In this document: piece by piece, positions 26,443-36,266 of the stretch
How positions within the stretch are numbered: the stretch's first letter is position 1
How the letters are laid out: the number at the start of each line of letters is the position of its first letter
Assembly (NCBI GenBank): GCA_023267535.1
Contig: JAHFNC010000004.1
Coordinates: forward strand, 3,757-67,756
Origin: a bacterium
Lineage (GTDB): Bacteria > Patescibacteriota > Minisyncoccia > Phycocordibacterales > UBA5272
Direction: 5' to 3'
Length of the DNA stretch: 64,000 nucleotides
Made by a program: the position numbers and the translations under genes
The notes under the pieces: generated by a model
Told to the model about the DNA's origin: nothing
Database searches by the model: none
Seen by the model: the letters and a program-made list of their open reading frames with translations, nothing else

Positions 26443-26826
26443 ATGCCACATTACTTACTCATTGAAGTTGATGACTCTAAGACAAATCTAAAATATGTCG
26501 TTGATGAGAATGTTTTAGCTACTCATTCTCACGATTTTGGTTTGAAACATTTGGAGTCACACGCCATGAGTAAGATCGCTTCTTCGAAATTCTTAGACGG
26601 AGTGTTTTATATTCTAGAATACATTTCTCTTTACGAAAGAATTCCTACGGAATTTGTTTTATGTTCACCGCGCTATTCATCTTGGATAAAAAATTTAATC
26701 GAGGAAGCCTCTTATACACAGTTTTACACAAACAAAATTCCAGTGTGTGTTAAAATAGACGGCAATAGGGAGGCTTCTTCTAACTATGCAAGACATAAAA
26801 AAACCACATTCTCGTTCAAAGTCTGA
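26443..26826 (+). CDS. hypothetical protein (127 aa)
   Basis: ORF only. Its 3' end overlaps the next ORF by 41 nt. Confidence 0.35.
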   Translation: MPHYLLIEVDDSKTNLKYVVDENVLATHSHDFGLKHLESHAMSKIASSKFLDGVFYILEYISLYERIPTEFVLCSPRYSSWIKNLIEEASYTQFYTNKIPVCVKIDGNREASSNYARHKKTTFSFKV

Positions 26827-28123
26827 CAACGATATAAATTCGCGTGTTGAGCAATTTGAAAAAAGATCTTATCTTCTTAAAAAAGAAAGAGAAGAAGAAA
26901 GAAGCGATGAGAAATACAATAAAATTCCTATAAAAATCAACAAAAAAAACAGAAGTGACTCAATTCACATTCGTCGAAAGTCAGGTACAAGTTTCGGAAC
27001 ATGGGTATTTATTGGTTTTGTTTTACTTTTGGTTACAATTGTTTGTTTACTTTCTTTTGTCTTTAATTCAGCAACAATTACCTACAAACCAAAATATTCA
27101 GATATAGATTTAAATAATCAAAATAAGAATTTCACTTTTAATTTACAAGGAACAACAGGCGCTGTTCACTTTGTAATTGCCACTACGACAATAACCAAAA
27201 CTCAAGTTCTTCCACTGTCTGAATCAAAAGCAGTACAAAGCAAAGCTTCTGGAAAAATAATTGTTTACAATAAATTTGACTCTTCTCCACAAAAATTAAT
27301 TAAAAATACTCGTTTCGAATCGTCCGCCGGAAAAATCTACAGAATAAATCAGTCAATCACTATCCCAGGTAAAAATGGAGATACTCCAGGAAGTGTGGAA
27401 GTTACTGTTTATGCAGATAGTTATGGCTCTGATTATAATTCTGACCCAACTGATTTCACTATTCCCGGATTCAAGGGCTCGCCACGATACACCGGATTCT
27501 TTGCAAGGTCAGACGGAGCATTAACAGGAGGTGCTTCTGGTAACGCTTCTATTGCTTCACAGACAGATATAAATTCTGCGAAGGATGAATTAGCTTTAGA
27601 ATTGACCCAAGAGTTAAAAACTGCACTTAAGAAGACAACAATGAATGGATATTTAGGTTTGTATGACAACATTCAAGTAAAGTTTGCTGACAATGAAGCC
27701 GATTTGAAAGTTGGTAACGCTTCAACTTATCAAGTGACGGCGACTGGTATTCTTATGTTTGTAGACAAAAAGGAATTAGCCACCGAAATTGCCAAAACAT
27801 TACCAACAGAAAGATACACCAATGAAGATGTAAGATTGGATAATTCTGACAAGTTGAAGTTTTCATTAAAGGATTCGGCTGATATTGAGAGCACAAATAG
27901 TATCGACGTTTTGGTTGAAGGTAATCCGCGAATTGTTTGGACAACCAATGTTGAAATATTAAAGCAGAAATTAATTGGTCATAATAAAGCTGATTTTACA
28001 AAGGTTATGCATGATACTTCATCTATTGATAGCGCTGAAATAAACTTCTCTCCATTGTGGCTTAGTACGTTCCCTGGTGCAGAAAATAAAATAAAGTTCG
28101 TTGAACAAATCGGAAAGAACTAA
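26786..28123 (+). CDS. hypothetical membrane-anchored exported protein
   Basis: Basic N-terminus, one TM helix ('WVFIGFVLLLVTIVCLLSFVF'), then a long beta-rich ectodomain. Confidence 0.55.
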   Translation: MQDIKKPHSRSKSDNDINSRVEQFEKRSYLLKKEREEERSDEKYNKIPIKINKKNRSDSIHIRRKSGTSFGTWVFIGFVLLLVTIVCLLSFVFNSATITYKPKYSDIDLNNQNKNFTFNLQGTTGAVHFVIATTTITKTQVLPLSESKAVQSKASGKIIVYNKFDSSPQKLIKNTRFESSAGKIYRINQSITIPGKNGDTPGSVEVTVYADSYGSDYNSDPTDFTIPGFKGSPRYTGFFARSDGALTGGASGNASIASQTDINSAKDELALELTQELKTALKKTTMNGYLGLYDNIQVKFADNEADLKVGNASTYQVTATGILMFVDKKELATEIAKTLPTERYTNEDVRLDNSDKLKFSLKDSADIESTNSIDVLVEGNPRIVWTTNVEILKQKLIGHNKADFTKVMHDTSSIDSAEINFSPLWLSTFPGAENKIKFVEQIGKN

Positions 28124-28174
28124 TTTGTGTTGATTTATTATGCTTTCACTGATAAAATCAAATCTCAACTAACT

Positions 28175-28387
28175 ATGAACAACGAAGAAATTGAATTAGT
28201 GGAAGGAAGAGTAACCGAGGCGTTACCAAGCACCCTCTTTCGTGTTCAAACAAAAGACGGAAAAGAAATACTGTCATATTTGGGAGGAAGAATGAGAGTA
28301 AACAAAATAAAAATCTTAGTAGGAGACAGAGTAACAGTTCAAGTTGATCCATATGGGGGAAAAGGGAGAATAATCAAAAGACTGTAA
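28175..28387 (+). CDS. infA: translation initiation factor IF-1
   Basis: 'VEGRVTEALPSTLFRVQTKDGKEILSYLGGRMRVNKIKILVGDRV'. Confidence 0.95.
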   Translation: MNNEEIELVEGRVTEALPSTLFRVQTKDGKEILSYLGGRMRVNKIKILVGDRVTVQVDPYGGKGRIIKRL

Positions 28388-28482
28388 AGTTTTGAATTAT
28401 AGATTTCATTATTAACTAAAAATAGCCAATTATATTGCATTTAATTTAAATATATAGTAGAATAGCTACCATATTTTCTTTT

Positions 28483-28596
28483 ATGAAAGTTAGATCATCA
28501 CTTAAAAAAATTTGTTCGAAATGTAAGATGCTTAAGAGAGGTGGAGTACTTCGCGTAATTTGCGTTACTCCAAAACATAAACAATGCCAAGGCTAA
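28483..28596 (+). CDS. rpmJ: 50S ribosomal protein L36
   Basis: Not in the ORF track. Hand translation gives [37 protein letters not shown]. Confidence 0.9.
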   Translation: MKVRSSLKKICSKCKMLKRGGVLRVICVTPKHKQCQG

Positions 28597-28603
28597 ACTA
28601 TAT

Positions 28604-28984
28604 ATGCGTATTTCAGGTATAACACTTCCAGAAAATAAGAGATTAGAGATTGCCCTTACGGCTGTTTATGGTGTCGGACGTCCTCGCGCTAAGAAAATAT
28701 TAGACAAGCTAAAGCTTGATTGGGGAATGAAGACTGCCGATCTTACACCAGAGCAAGAAAATGCTATTCGTAAAGAGATTGAATTATTCAAAACCGAAGG
28801 GGATTTGAAAAGAGACAATCAACAAAACATTAAAAGACTAAAAGACATCAAGGCCTACAGAGGTACACGTCATACCAAGCACCTTCCAGCCAGAGGACAA
28901 AGAACAAAAACAAATAGCAGAACTGTTCGTGGAAATGTTCGTCGTACTATGGGTAGCGGTCGCAGAAAGGTTGAGAAGACCTAA
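28604..28984 (+). CDS. rpsM: 30S ribosomal protein S13
   Basis: 'MRISGITLPENKRLEIALTAVYGVG'. Confidence 0.97.
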   Translation: MRISGITLPENKRLEIALTAVYGVGRPRAKKILDKLKLDWGMKTADLTPEQENAIRKEIELFKTEGDLKRDNQQNIKRLKDIKAYRGTRHTKHLPARGQRTKTNSRTVRGNVRRTMGSGRRKVEKT

Positions 28985-28994
28985 AAAATAATAT

Positions 28995-29429
28995 ATGGGT
29001 AAAAAAAGAATTGTAAAAAAGAATAGTTCCGGAGTAGATAATGCCCTAAAAGCAAGATCTTTAGCTAGAGCAACAAAGAAGAAAATTGTTGAAGGTATTT
29101 TGTATGTGCAATCAACCTACAACAACACCGCCTTGTCATTAACAGATAAAGCAGGGAACGTTTTGGTTTGGTCATCGTCTGGTGCGCTTGGCTTCAAGGG
29201 AGCTAAAAAGGGTACACCCTTTGCAGCATCTAAGATTGCTGAGCTTATTGGTGAGAAGGCACAACAGATTGGTCTTAAGGAAGTTTCTGTAATCGTAAAA
29301 GGAGTTGGTTCAGGTAGAGAATCCGCAATTAGAACTTTTTCGGCTTTCGGAATTGAAATTACTAAAATAGTGGATAAGACACCAGTTCCACATAACGGTC
29401 CGAAGCCTCGTAAGCCTCGCCACGTATAA
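28995..29429 (+). CDS. rpsK: 30S ribosomal protein S11
   Basis: 'YVQSTYNNT...GFKGAKKGTPFAA'. Confidence 0.97.
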   Translation: MGKKRIVKKNSSGVDNALKARSLARATKKKIVEGILYVQSTYNNTALSLTDKAGNVLVWSSSGALGFKGAKKGTPFAASKIAELIGEKAQQIGLKEVSVIVKGVGSGRESAIRTFSAFGIEITKIVDKTPVPHNGPKPRKPRHV

Positions 29430-29440
29430 TTTTAAATATT

Positions 29441-30079
29441 ATGAGTAGAATCACATGTAAAACTTGTCGTCGTTTGGGAGAATCGGTCTGTGGCCGTGAG
29501 AAGTGTGCTTATAAGAAGCGCCCTTATACTCCAGGAAAGCTAGATAGCGAAAAGAAAAGAAGATCAGCACTATCAGAATACGGTGAGCAACTTCGTGCTA
29601 AGCAAAAGATGCGTATCACTTACGGCCTAATAGAAAGACAATTCGCTACTTATGTTAAAGGCGCGACTCTTGTTCAAAAAGCTGTTAAAGGAAAAGATGC
29701 AGTCAAGGAAACAATTTCTCCTTCACTTAAACTTTATAGATTACTAGAAGGAAGATTGGATAACATTGTTTATCGTTCAGGAATTGCAAACACAAGAGCT
29801 CTTGCTCGTCAGCTTGTAAACCACGGACACGTAACTGTTAACGGTCGCAAATTAAGTATTCCTTCACACCAAACAAAAGTCGGTGATGTAATCTCTATCC
29901 GTGAGGGTAGTAAGGTTGCGAAAGTTTTTGTTGGTTTGGAAGAAAAATTAACAGCTTTAGCACCAAGTAGTGTCGTCTCTGTTAATCCAAGTAAGTTGGA
30001 AGCAAAAATAACTGGACTTCCACGTGAAGTGGAGCCAGCATTTGATACTCAGAAGGTTCTTGAGTATTACAGTAGATAA
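29441..30079 (+). CDS. rpsD: 30S ribosomal protein S4
   Basis: N-terminal Cys cluster and S4 RNA-binding domain 'RLDNIVYRSG...ARQLVNHGHV.VNG'. Confidence 0.97.
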   Translation: MSRITCKTCRRLGESVCGREKCAYKKRPYTPGKLDSEKKRRSALSEYGEQLRAKQKMRITYGLIERQFATYVKGATLVQKAVKGKDAVKETISPSLKLYRLLEGRLDNIVYRSGIANTRALARQLVNHGHVTVNGRKLSIPSHQTKVGDVISIREGSKVAKVFVGLEEKLTALAPSSVVSVNPSKLEAKITGLPREVEPAFDTQKVLEYYSR

Positions 30080-30083
30080 CCCG

Positions 30084-30119
30084 AAAATGCAAGTGGATAA
30101 GAAAAACTTGCATTTTTTT
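30084..30119 (+). terminator. Rho-independent terminator or attenuator between rpsD and rpoA
   Basis: ATGCAAGT-11 nt-ACTTGCAT followed by T7. Confidence 0.65.
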
Positions 30120-30185
30120 GGTTTTTCTAGTATTATTAGATAACTTTTATAAAGCGCGCTAATTTAAAGACTTTTTTATTTTTTT

Positions 30186-31148
30186 ATGTCTTCACACTCT
30201 ATTATTTTGCCATCAAAACCAAGAATCGTTAAAGAAGACGCCCTACACGGCGTCTATGAAATTGACGGTCTATATCCAGGATATGGACACACTTTAGGTA
30301 ATTCCTTAAGAAGGATTATTCTTTCTTCTATACCAGGAGCTGCTATTACTTCTCTTTCAATAGACGGAGTAAAGCATGAATTCTCTTCAATTGACGGCAT
30401 TAAAGAAGACGTTATAACAATAATTCTAAACTTAAAGAAGCTAAACTTTAAACTACACACAGACGAAGGACAGAAGGCGACACTAAAGATAAAGGGTGCG
30501 AAGATAGTTACCGCTAATGACATTTCAATTCCATCACAGCTAGAAATACTTAACAAAGATGAGTACATTTGTGAATCAACTGCAAAGGACGTAGATGTTG
30601 TTGTTGAATTAACAATTGAAAAAGGCCTTGGTTATGTTCCTCGTGAAGAAATCCAAAAAGAAAAAGCTGATATCGGCTCTATTATTTTAGATGCTGCTTT
30701 CACTCCAATTCGTCGTGCAAGTTACGAAGTTGAGAATATGCGTGTTGGTGACAAAACTGACCACAATCGTTTAAGAGTTTCTATTGAAACAGACGGAACA
30801 ATTACTCCACACGAAGCACTAGAGCATTCAATCCACACAATGATTAGTCAATTACAAGCTGTTGTTGGTTTTAGAGAAGCAACTCCTGTAGCTCAAAAAG
30901 AAGAAGCTCCTGTCGCAAAAATATCAGAAGCTGATCTTGATGAGAGCGATGTTACAAAAATCAAAGTAGAGGATTTAAATCTTTCTACAAGAACTTTAAA
31001 CGCAATTATCTCAGCCTCAATCAGAACAGCCGGTGGTCTTTCTCGTAAAACAGAAGATGACCTTCTAAATACTGACGGTCTAGGAATAAAGGGAATTGAT
31101 GAAATAAAGAAGGCACTAGAAAATCTAGGACTTACACTTAAACAATAA
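30186..31148 (+). CDS. rpoA: DNA-directed RNA polymerase subunit alpha
   Basis: '[25 protein letters not shown]' and a C-terminal HhH domain. Confidence 0.97.
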   Translation: [320 protein letters not shown]

Positions 31149-31165
31149 TTAGAAATTAAAAAGGT

Positions 31166-31519
31166 ATGAAGCATCACAAGTCATTCAGAAAATTCGGTAG
31201 AGAAAAAAATGGTCGCAAGGCGTTCGTCAGAGGTCTGATTATAAACCTTGTTCGTCATGGAAGAATTGAAACAACTCTTGCTCGCGCAAAAGAGATTCGT
31301 CCTTTCGTTGAAAAATTAGTTACTCTAGCTAAAAGCGATACTGTTGCCAGAAGAAGATTAGTTACTTCTCGTATTATTAATCAAGAGGATGAGACAATTA
31401 AGCTCTTCAAAGAACTTGCTCCAAAGTATAAAGAAGTAGCTGGAGGATACACTCGTATTATAAAATTGCCAAACCGTCTTTCTGATGGAGCTGAAAAGGC
31501 AATTATAGAATTTGTATAA
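31166..31519 (+). CDS. rplQ: 50S ribosomal protein L17
   Basis: 'LVRHGRIETTLARAKEIRPFVEKLVTLAK'. Confidence 0.96.
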   Translation: MKHHKSFRKFGREKNGRKAFVRGLIINLVRHGRIETTLARAKEIRPFVEKLVTLAKSDTVARRRLVTSRIINQEDETIKLFKELAPKYKEVAGGYTRIIKLPNRLSDGAEKAIIEFV

Positions 31520-31528
31520 AATAAATTT

Positions 31529-31873
31529 ATGAACTACACAATTGACGCCACAAATAAACCCCTAGGAAGACTTGCTTCAGAAGTAGCATCTATTTTGAAT
31601 TCCAAAAATGATGTTAACTTCGTTAAGAACAGAGTAGAAGAAATGACTGTCACTGTAACTAATGCTTCTAAAGTAAAAGTAACTGGCAATAAAATGAAAG
31701 ACAGTGTCCATAAGTCATTTTCTGGATATCCAAGTGGATTAAAAGAAAGAACACTTAACTATGTTGTTGCTAATAAAGGTTTTAGTGAAATTATAAGACA
31801 CGCTATAAAAGGAATGCTTCCAAAGAATAAATTACAAGATATTCGTATGAAGAATTTAACAATTGAAGAATAA
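31529..31873 (+). CDS. rplM: 50S ribosomal protein L13
   Basis: 'IDATNKPLGRLASEVA...GMLPKN'. Confidence 0.93.
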   Translation: MNYTIDATNKPLGRLASEVASILNSKNDVNFVKNRVEEMTVTVTNASKVKVTGNKMKDSVHKSFSGYPSGLKERTLNYVVANKGFSEIIRHAIKGMLPKNKLQDIRMKNLTIEE

Positions 31874-31878
31874 AGATT

Positions 31879-32286
31879 ATGACTACTGATACAAAAAATC
31901 GCTATATTGAAGGAATTGGTCGCAGAAAGACTGCTATTGCTCGTGTTCGTATAACTCCTGCTACTAAAGGGTCTTTCACTATAAATGATAAAGACATAAA
32001 AGTATATTTTGATACTAATGATTTACAAGCAATCGCTCAAAGTGCCATTACCAAAACTGAAATCAAAGATAAATTTTTAATAACAGTAAAAGTTTCTGGT
32101 GGTGGAATACACGCACAGGCTGAAGCAATTCGTCACGGACTTTCTCGTGCTTTAGTTATAAGAGACGAAGATATAAAAAACACCCTAAAGAAATTAGGTT
32201 TCCTAAAGAGAGATCCAAGACAAGTTGAAAGAAAGAAATTCGGACTTAAGAAGGCTCGTAAAGCTCCAACATGGAGTAAGAGATAG
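31879..32286 (+). CDS. rpsI: 30S ribosomal protein S9
   Basis: 'GIGRRKTAIARVRI...GGG..AQAEAIRHGLSRAL'. Confidence 0.96.
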   Translation: MTTDTKNRYIEGIGRRKTAIARVRITPATKGSFTINDKDIKVYFDTNDLQAIAQSAITKTEIKDKFLITVKVSGGGIHAQAEAIRHGLSRALVIRDEDIKNTLKKLGFLKRDPRQVERKKFGLKKARKAPTWSKR

Positions 32287-32298
32287 GTTAGGTAATTT

Positions 32299-32319
32299 AA
32301 ACCCCCGCGAAGGGGTTTT
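32299..32319 (+). terminator. Rho-independent terminator after rpsI
   Basis: AAACCCC-cgcgaa-GGGGTTT. Confidence 0.55.
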
Positions 32320-32323
32320 AAAT

Positions 32324-32352
32324 TTGACAGAATAGACGATTTCGTTTATATA
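32324..32352 (+). promoter_or_regulatory. sigma70-type promoter for grpE-dnaK
   Basis: TTGACA (32324-32329), 17 nt, TATATA (32347-32352), about 32 nt upstream of the grpE ATG. Confidence 0.5.
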
Positions 32353-32384
32353 TAATAGGTGCCTAAGGAGCACTTTTTTAAATT

Positions 32385-32963
32385 ATGAAAAAAGAAGAAA
32401 ATAAAAATGCCACAGAAATGGAGGAAATGACAGATGATGTAGAATTTGAAGAAGTGAATGAAGAAGGAGAAGTAGATACAAAAACTACGATTAAAAAATT
32501 AAGAATAAAAGTAAAAGAATTAGAAGCCGAAAAAAGAGAATACTTACTAGGTTGGCAAAGAGCTCAAGCTGATTATGCTAATCTAAAAAAAGAACATATT
32601 GGAGATATGGCAAATAGAACTAGACTAGCCAACAAAAATCTCGTTGAAGATTTAATTCCAGTTCTTGATTCTTATTACATGGCTAGAAATAATGCGGAAG
32701 CTTGGAATAAAGTAGACTCGGGATGGAGAAGCGGTATTGAATATATTTTTAATCATTTCTTATCAGTGTTAGAAAAAATAGGACTCTCATCTTTCGGAGA
32801 AGTTGGAGAAAAATTTAATCCGATTATCCACGAAAATATTGAAATTGTATCTACCGAAGATTCTTCAAAAAATGATATAATAGAGAGTATATTAGCAAAA
32901 GGATACAAAATGGGAGATACAATAATACGTCCGGCGAGAGTAAAAGTATTTCATTCTGCTTAA
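32385..32963 (+). CDS. grpE: nucleotide exchange factor GrpE
   Basis: Coiled-coil N-terminus, 'RAQADYANLKK', C-terminal beta domain. Confidence 0.95.
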   Translation: MKKEENKNATEMEEMTDDVEFEEVNEEGEVDTKTTIKKLRIKVKELEAEKREYLLGWQRAQADYANLKKEHIGDMANRTRLANKNLVEDLIPVLDSYYMARNNAEAWNKVDSGWRSGIEYIFNHFLSVLEKIGLSSFGEVGEKFNPIIHENIEIVSTEDSSKNDIIESILAKGYKMGDTIIRPARVKVFHSA

Positions 32964-33003
32964 GATAAAAGTTAGTAAATTATAAATTTAATTATTTAAA
33001 ACT

Positions 33004-34872
33004 ATGTCAAAGATTATTGGTATTGATTTGGGAACAACAAACTGTGCTGTGGCCATCATAGAAGGAGGACAGCCGAAAATAATAGAAAATGTTGAGGGTA
33101 ATAGAACTACCCCTTCTGTTGTTTCTGTAAATAAAAATGGTGAAAGATCTGTGGGTCTTATCGCTAAGCGTCAAGCCGTAACCAACGCCAAAGATACTAT
33201 TTACGGAGTAAAGCGCTTCATGGGACATTCTTTTAAAGATAAGGAGGTTCAAAATGACATTCCTAATGTAGCGTATGGTATTAAGGAAGGAGATAACGGC
33301 GGAACATTAATCACACTTTCCGGGAAAGATTATCGTCCAGAAGAAATTTCAGCAATGATTTTACAAAAAATAAAAGCTGATGTAGAGGCTAAACTTGGAG
33401 AAAAAATCACTGAAGCGGTGATAACTGTTCCTGCATATTTTAATGATACACAACGTCAAGCAACAGTAGACGCCGGAAAAATTGCCGGCCTTGATGTTAA
33501 AAGAATTATTCCTGAACCGACAGCAGCCGCTCTTGCATATGGTTTTAACTCACAAAAAAATGAAAAGCTGGCTGTCTTTGATTTTGGTGGAGGCACATTT
33601 GATATTTCTATTTTAGAAGTAGGGGATGGGGTGGTTGAAGTAAAATCAGTTGATGGTGACTCTCACCTTGGAGGACGTGACATTGACCAAAAGTTTGTTC
33701 AATTTATCGCATCTGAATTTAAAAAAGAATCAGGTATTGATATTACAGCTGACCCATTAGCACTTCAGAGATTAGATGAGGCCGCAGAAAAAGCAAAACA
33801 CGAACTTTCAACTCAATTAGAAACCGAAATAAATCTTCCGTTTATTACATCAGACGCTAATGGTCCAAAGCACTTGGTTATTAAGGTAACAAGAGCGTCA
33901 CTTGAAAATATTGCAAAAGAATTTATAGATAGAGCTTTAGTTATTACACAAAGAGCGTTGGACAATTCTCCATTTAAAAAAGAAGAAATACATGAAATTA
34001 TTATGGTTGGCGGACAAACCAGAATGCCAATGATTGTTGAAGCTGTTAAAAATCTTTTTGGAAAAGAACCAAACCGAACAATTAACCCAGATGAAGTGGT
34101 AGCGCTCGGCGCCGCTGTTCAAGCTGGAGTTCTTCAAGGTGATGTAAAGGATGTTTTACTTTTGGATGTCATTCCGCTTTCACTTGGGATTGAAACCATG
34201 GGTGGAGTTTCTACAAAACTTGTTGAGAAAAACATGACTATACCAACATCAAAGTCACAAATATTTTCAACCGCTGCTGATAATCAGACTTCAGTTGAAA
34301 TTCATATCGTTCAAGGAGAGCGTCCGATGGCTACAGATAACAAATCACTAGGTAGATTTATTCTAGACGGTATTCCACCTGCGCCTCGTGGTATGCCTCA
34401 AGTGGAAGTAACTTTTGATGTTGACGCTAATGGCATACTACAAGTAAAAGCAAAAGATAAAACCAGTGGAAAAGAACAATCAATTCGCATAGAAGCCTCA
34501 TCTGGTTTAACTGATGAGGATATCAAGAAGATGCAACAAGATGCTGAAGCTCATGCCGAAGAAGATAAAAAGAAAAGGGAGTTGGCTGAAGAGAAAAATA
34601 TGTCAGATGCTTTAGTTCATACCGCCGAGAAAGCACTTAAAGAGGCTGAGGGTAAAATAGGAGATGATGTAAAGAAAGAAATTGAAGATAAAATAAATGC
34701 TTTAAGAACTGCTCGTAATGGTGAAGATGTATCTTTGATTAAATCTTCGGCCGAGGAATTATCTGCTTCTATGATGAAAATAGGTGAAGCTATGCAAAAA
34801 GCACAATCGGAATCAAATACTACTGAAACAAACACAGAAAATACAAACCCTACTGACGAAAATAAAGGATAA
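33004..34872 (+). CDS. dnaK: chaperone DnaK (Hsp70)
   Basis: '[13 protein letters not shown]', 'DLGGGTFD' and 'VGGQTRMP'. Confidence 0.98.
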   Translation: MSKIIGIDLGTTNCAVAIIEGGQPKIIENVEGNRTTPSVVSVNKNGERSVGLIAKRQAVTNAKDTIYGVKRFMGHSFKDKEVQNDIPNVAYGIKEGDNGGTLITLSGKDYRPEEISAMILQKIKADVEAKLGEKITEAVITVPAYFNDTQRQATVDAGKIAGLDVKRIIPEPTAAALAYGFNSQKNEKLAVFDFGGGTFDISILEVGDGVVEVKSVDGDSHLGGRDIDQKFVQFIASEFKKESGIDITADPLALQRLDEAAEKAKHELSTQLETEINLPFITSDANGPKHLVIKVTRASLENIAKEFIDRALVITQRALDNSPFKKEEIHEIIMVGGQTRMPMIVEAVKNLFGKEPNRTINPDEVVALGAAVQAGVLQGDVKDVLLLDVIPLSLGIETMGGVSTKLVEKNMTIPTSKSQIFSTAADNQTSVEIHIVQGERPMATDNKSLGRFILDGIPPAPRGMPQVEVTFDVDANGILQVKAKDKTSGKEQSIRIEASSGLTDEDIKKMQQDAEAHAEEDKKKRELAEEKNMSDALVHTAEKALKEAEGKIGDDVKKEIEDKINALRTARNGEDVSLIKSSAEELSASMMKIGEAMQKAQSESNTTETNTENTNPTDENKG

Positions 34873-34910
34873 AATACTTAGGAACTTGTTGCGAAGTATT
34901 TTATCCTTTT
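34867..34910 (+). terminator. Rho-independent terminator of dnaK
   Basis: 13-bp stem GGATAAAATACTT / AAGTATTTTATCC (34867-34879 and 34894-34906) followed by T4. It overlaps the dnaK stop codon. Confidence 0.7.
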
Positions 34911-35000
34911 CAACTCCTCGGCTCGGAAATGTGAAAGATTACTTTTCCACTTCTCTCGCTCTACGTCGTTAATAAAACAACTGAATAATCTAAAAACAAA

Positions 35001-35031
35001 AACAGCCGTCGCAATTCCTGCGACGGCTGTT
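35001..35031 (-). terminator. Rho-independent terminator of the minus-strand RNB-like gene
   Basis: 12-bp stem AACAGCCGTCGC / GCGACGGCTGTT. The T-run is on the minus strand only. Confidence 0.7.
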
Positions 35032-35035
35032 AAAT

Positions 35036-35818
35036 TTAAGAGCATTGATAAACTTCGTTCACAGCCTTTTTCATTTCTTCTTCTGTAACGATTGGTCTTT
35101 CTTCATTTAGAAAGTTTTGTAAATTACTGACGTTTATGAGAGACAAAACATCCCTCAACGGCCTGTTGAACCTTCCGTATTCAATAGGAGAAATCAGTAG
35201 CGTATTTTTTCTCTTAAGGAAATCAAAAAACGGAATTCCGTTTACCCTACAAAAGTTACGACAAGCATCATTAAACAAATCACACAGCGAATGGACCAGT
35301 TGTTGATCATACATAAAATCTGATCCATCATGATAACGGAAACACCAGTGAAAGGACCTCCTAGCCAGAGTATGTTTATGTTTTTTGTAAATCAAATCAA
35401 TCAAATTTTTTGCTTTGTTGCAGATTTCTTCCTCTTGATGATCGCCGTGCTGTATCCAACTGACAGTGGCAGAAGAAGGAAAAACATTTTCTGAAAAAAC
35501 TTCGCCAGTATAACTGACAGAGAATTTAACTGCGATAACAGGAGTGGAAACCCCTTCTCGTAAACCAAAATACCTTTTGATATCTCTGTTAAAAAGATTT
35601 ATGCTTTGTGGCATTTTTGAGTAAGGAAGATTTTTTAAACACATGTCTACAACTTCGGTGTTTAAAAAACGAAGTGGAGGAATAATACCCACCACAACTA
35701 AAACCCATCCAGTCTCATTTTCTTCAACAAAAAATCCGTCTTCCCTGACCATAGCACCAACCGGGTCAAGGGCTAAGCAATGAAAAACTTCACTACTCTC
35801 ACTTATCAAGGAGCTCAT
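35036..35818 (-). CDS. degenerate RNB (RNase II/R catalytic domain)-like protein
   Basis: 260 aa. 'LALDPVGAMVREDGFFVEENETGWVLVVVGI' compares with RNB 'IDp..a.D.DDA..ve...gw.l.V.IADV'. 'ISPIEYGRFNRPLRD' compares with 'TSPIRRY.DL'. Catalytic Asp and Arg positions are replaced. Confidence 0.4.
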   Translation of the reverse strand: MSSLISESSEVFHCLALDPVGAMVREDGFFVEENETGWVLVVVGIIPPLRFLNTEVVDMCLKNLPYSKMPQSINLFNRDIKRYFGLREGVSTPVIAVKFSVSYTGEVFSENVFPSSATVSWIQHGDHQEEEICNKAKNLIDLIYKKHKHTLARRSFHWCFRYHDGSDFMYDQQLVHSLCDLFNDACRNFCRVNGIPFFDFLKRKNTLLISPIEYGRFNRPLRDVLSLINVSNLQNFLNEERPIVTEEEMKKAVNEVYQCS

Positions 35819-35908
35819 TTTTCCTCCACTTTTTAATTATGGAAAACTGTTAAGTATACTATCACGATTCTTTATAAAATCAATTATTATTGTTATAATA
35901 GAGACCAT

Positions 35909-36202
35909 ATGAATTTAACCGCCTTAGCTAATAGTTTTACAACAAATGTAATCAGTGCCATCGCTTTTTTATTAATGACTGGTTCAATAACGGCATTTTT
36001 TTACGGAACTTTTGTATTTCTTGTAAATCAACAAAAGGGAGATAGCGCAAAAAGTAATGATGGAAAACAATTTATGTTATGGGGATTAATTTCACTTTTT
36101 GTTATGTTTTCTGTTTGGGGGATAATAACAGCTCTACAAGTCAATCTTGGGTTTGGCACAAGCACCAACATACAAATTCCTGCCATGAACGTTGGTCAAT
36201 AA
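35909..36202 (+). CDS. small two-TM protein, TrbC/VirB2-type T4SS-pilin-like
   Basis: 97 aa. Two hydrophobic helices separated by a short polar loop. Assigned by pattern only. Confidence 0.4.
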   Translation: MNLTALANSFTTNVISAIAFLLMTGSITAFFYGTFVFLVNQQKGDSAKSNDGKQFMLWGLISLFVMFSVWGIITALQVNLGFGTSTNIQIPAMNVGQ

Positions 36203-36266
36203 TTTTTGTTTTTAGTGTAAATAATTTAGACTTTATATATTTGTTTTTTTATGTTATAAATCTTCT

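Noticed and set aside
32287-32384. CIRCE (HrcA) or HAIR operator upstream of grpE-dnaK.
   Set aside because: Only a short GTGC-N7-GCAC palindrome is present. There is no TTAGCACTC-N9-GAGTGCTAA-like element.
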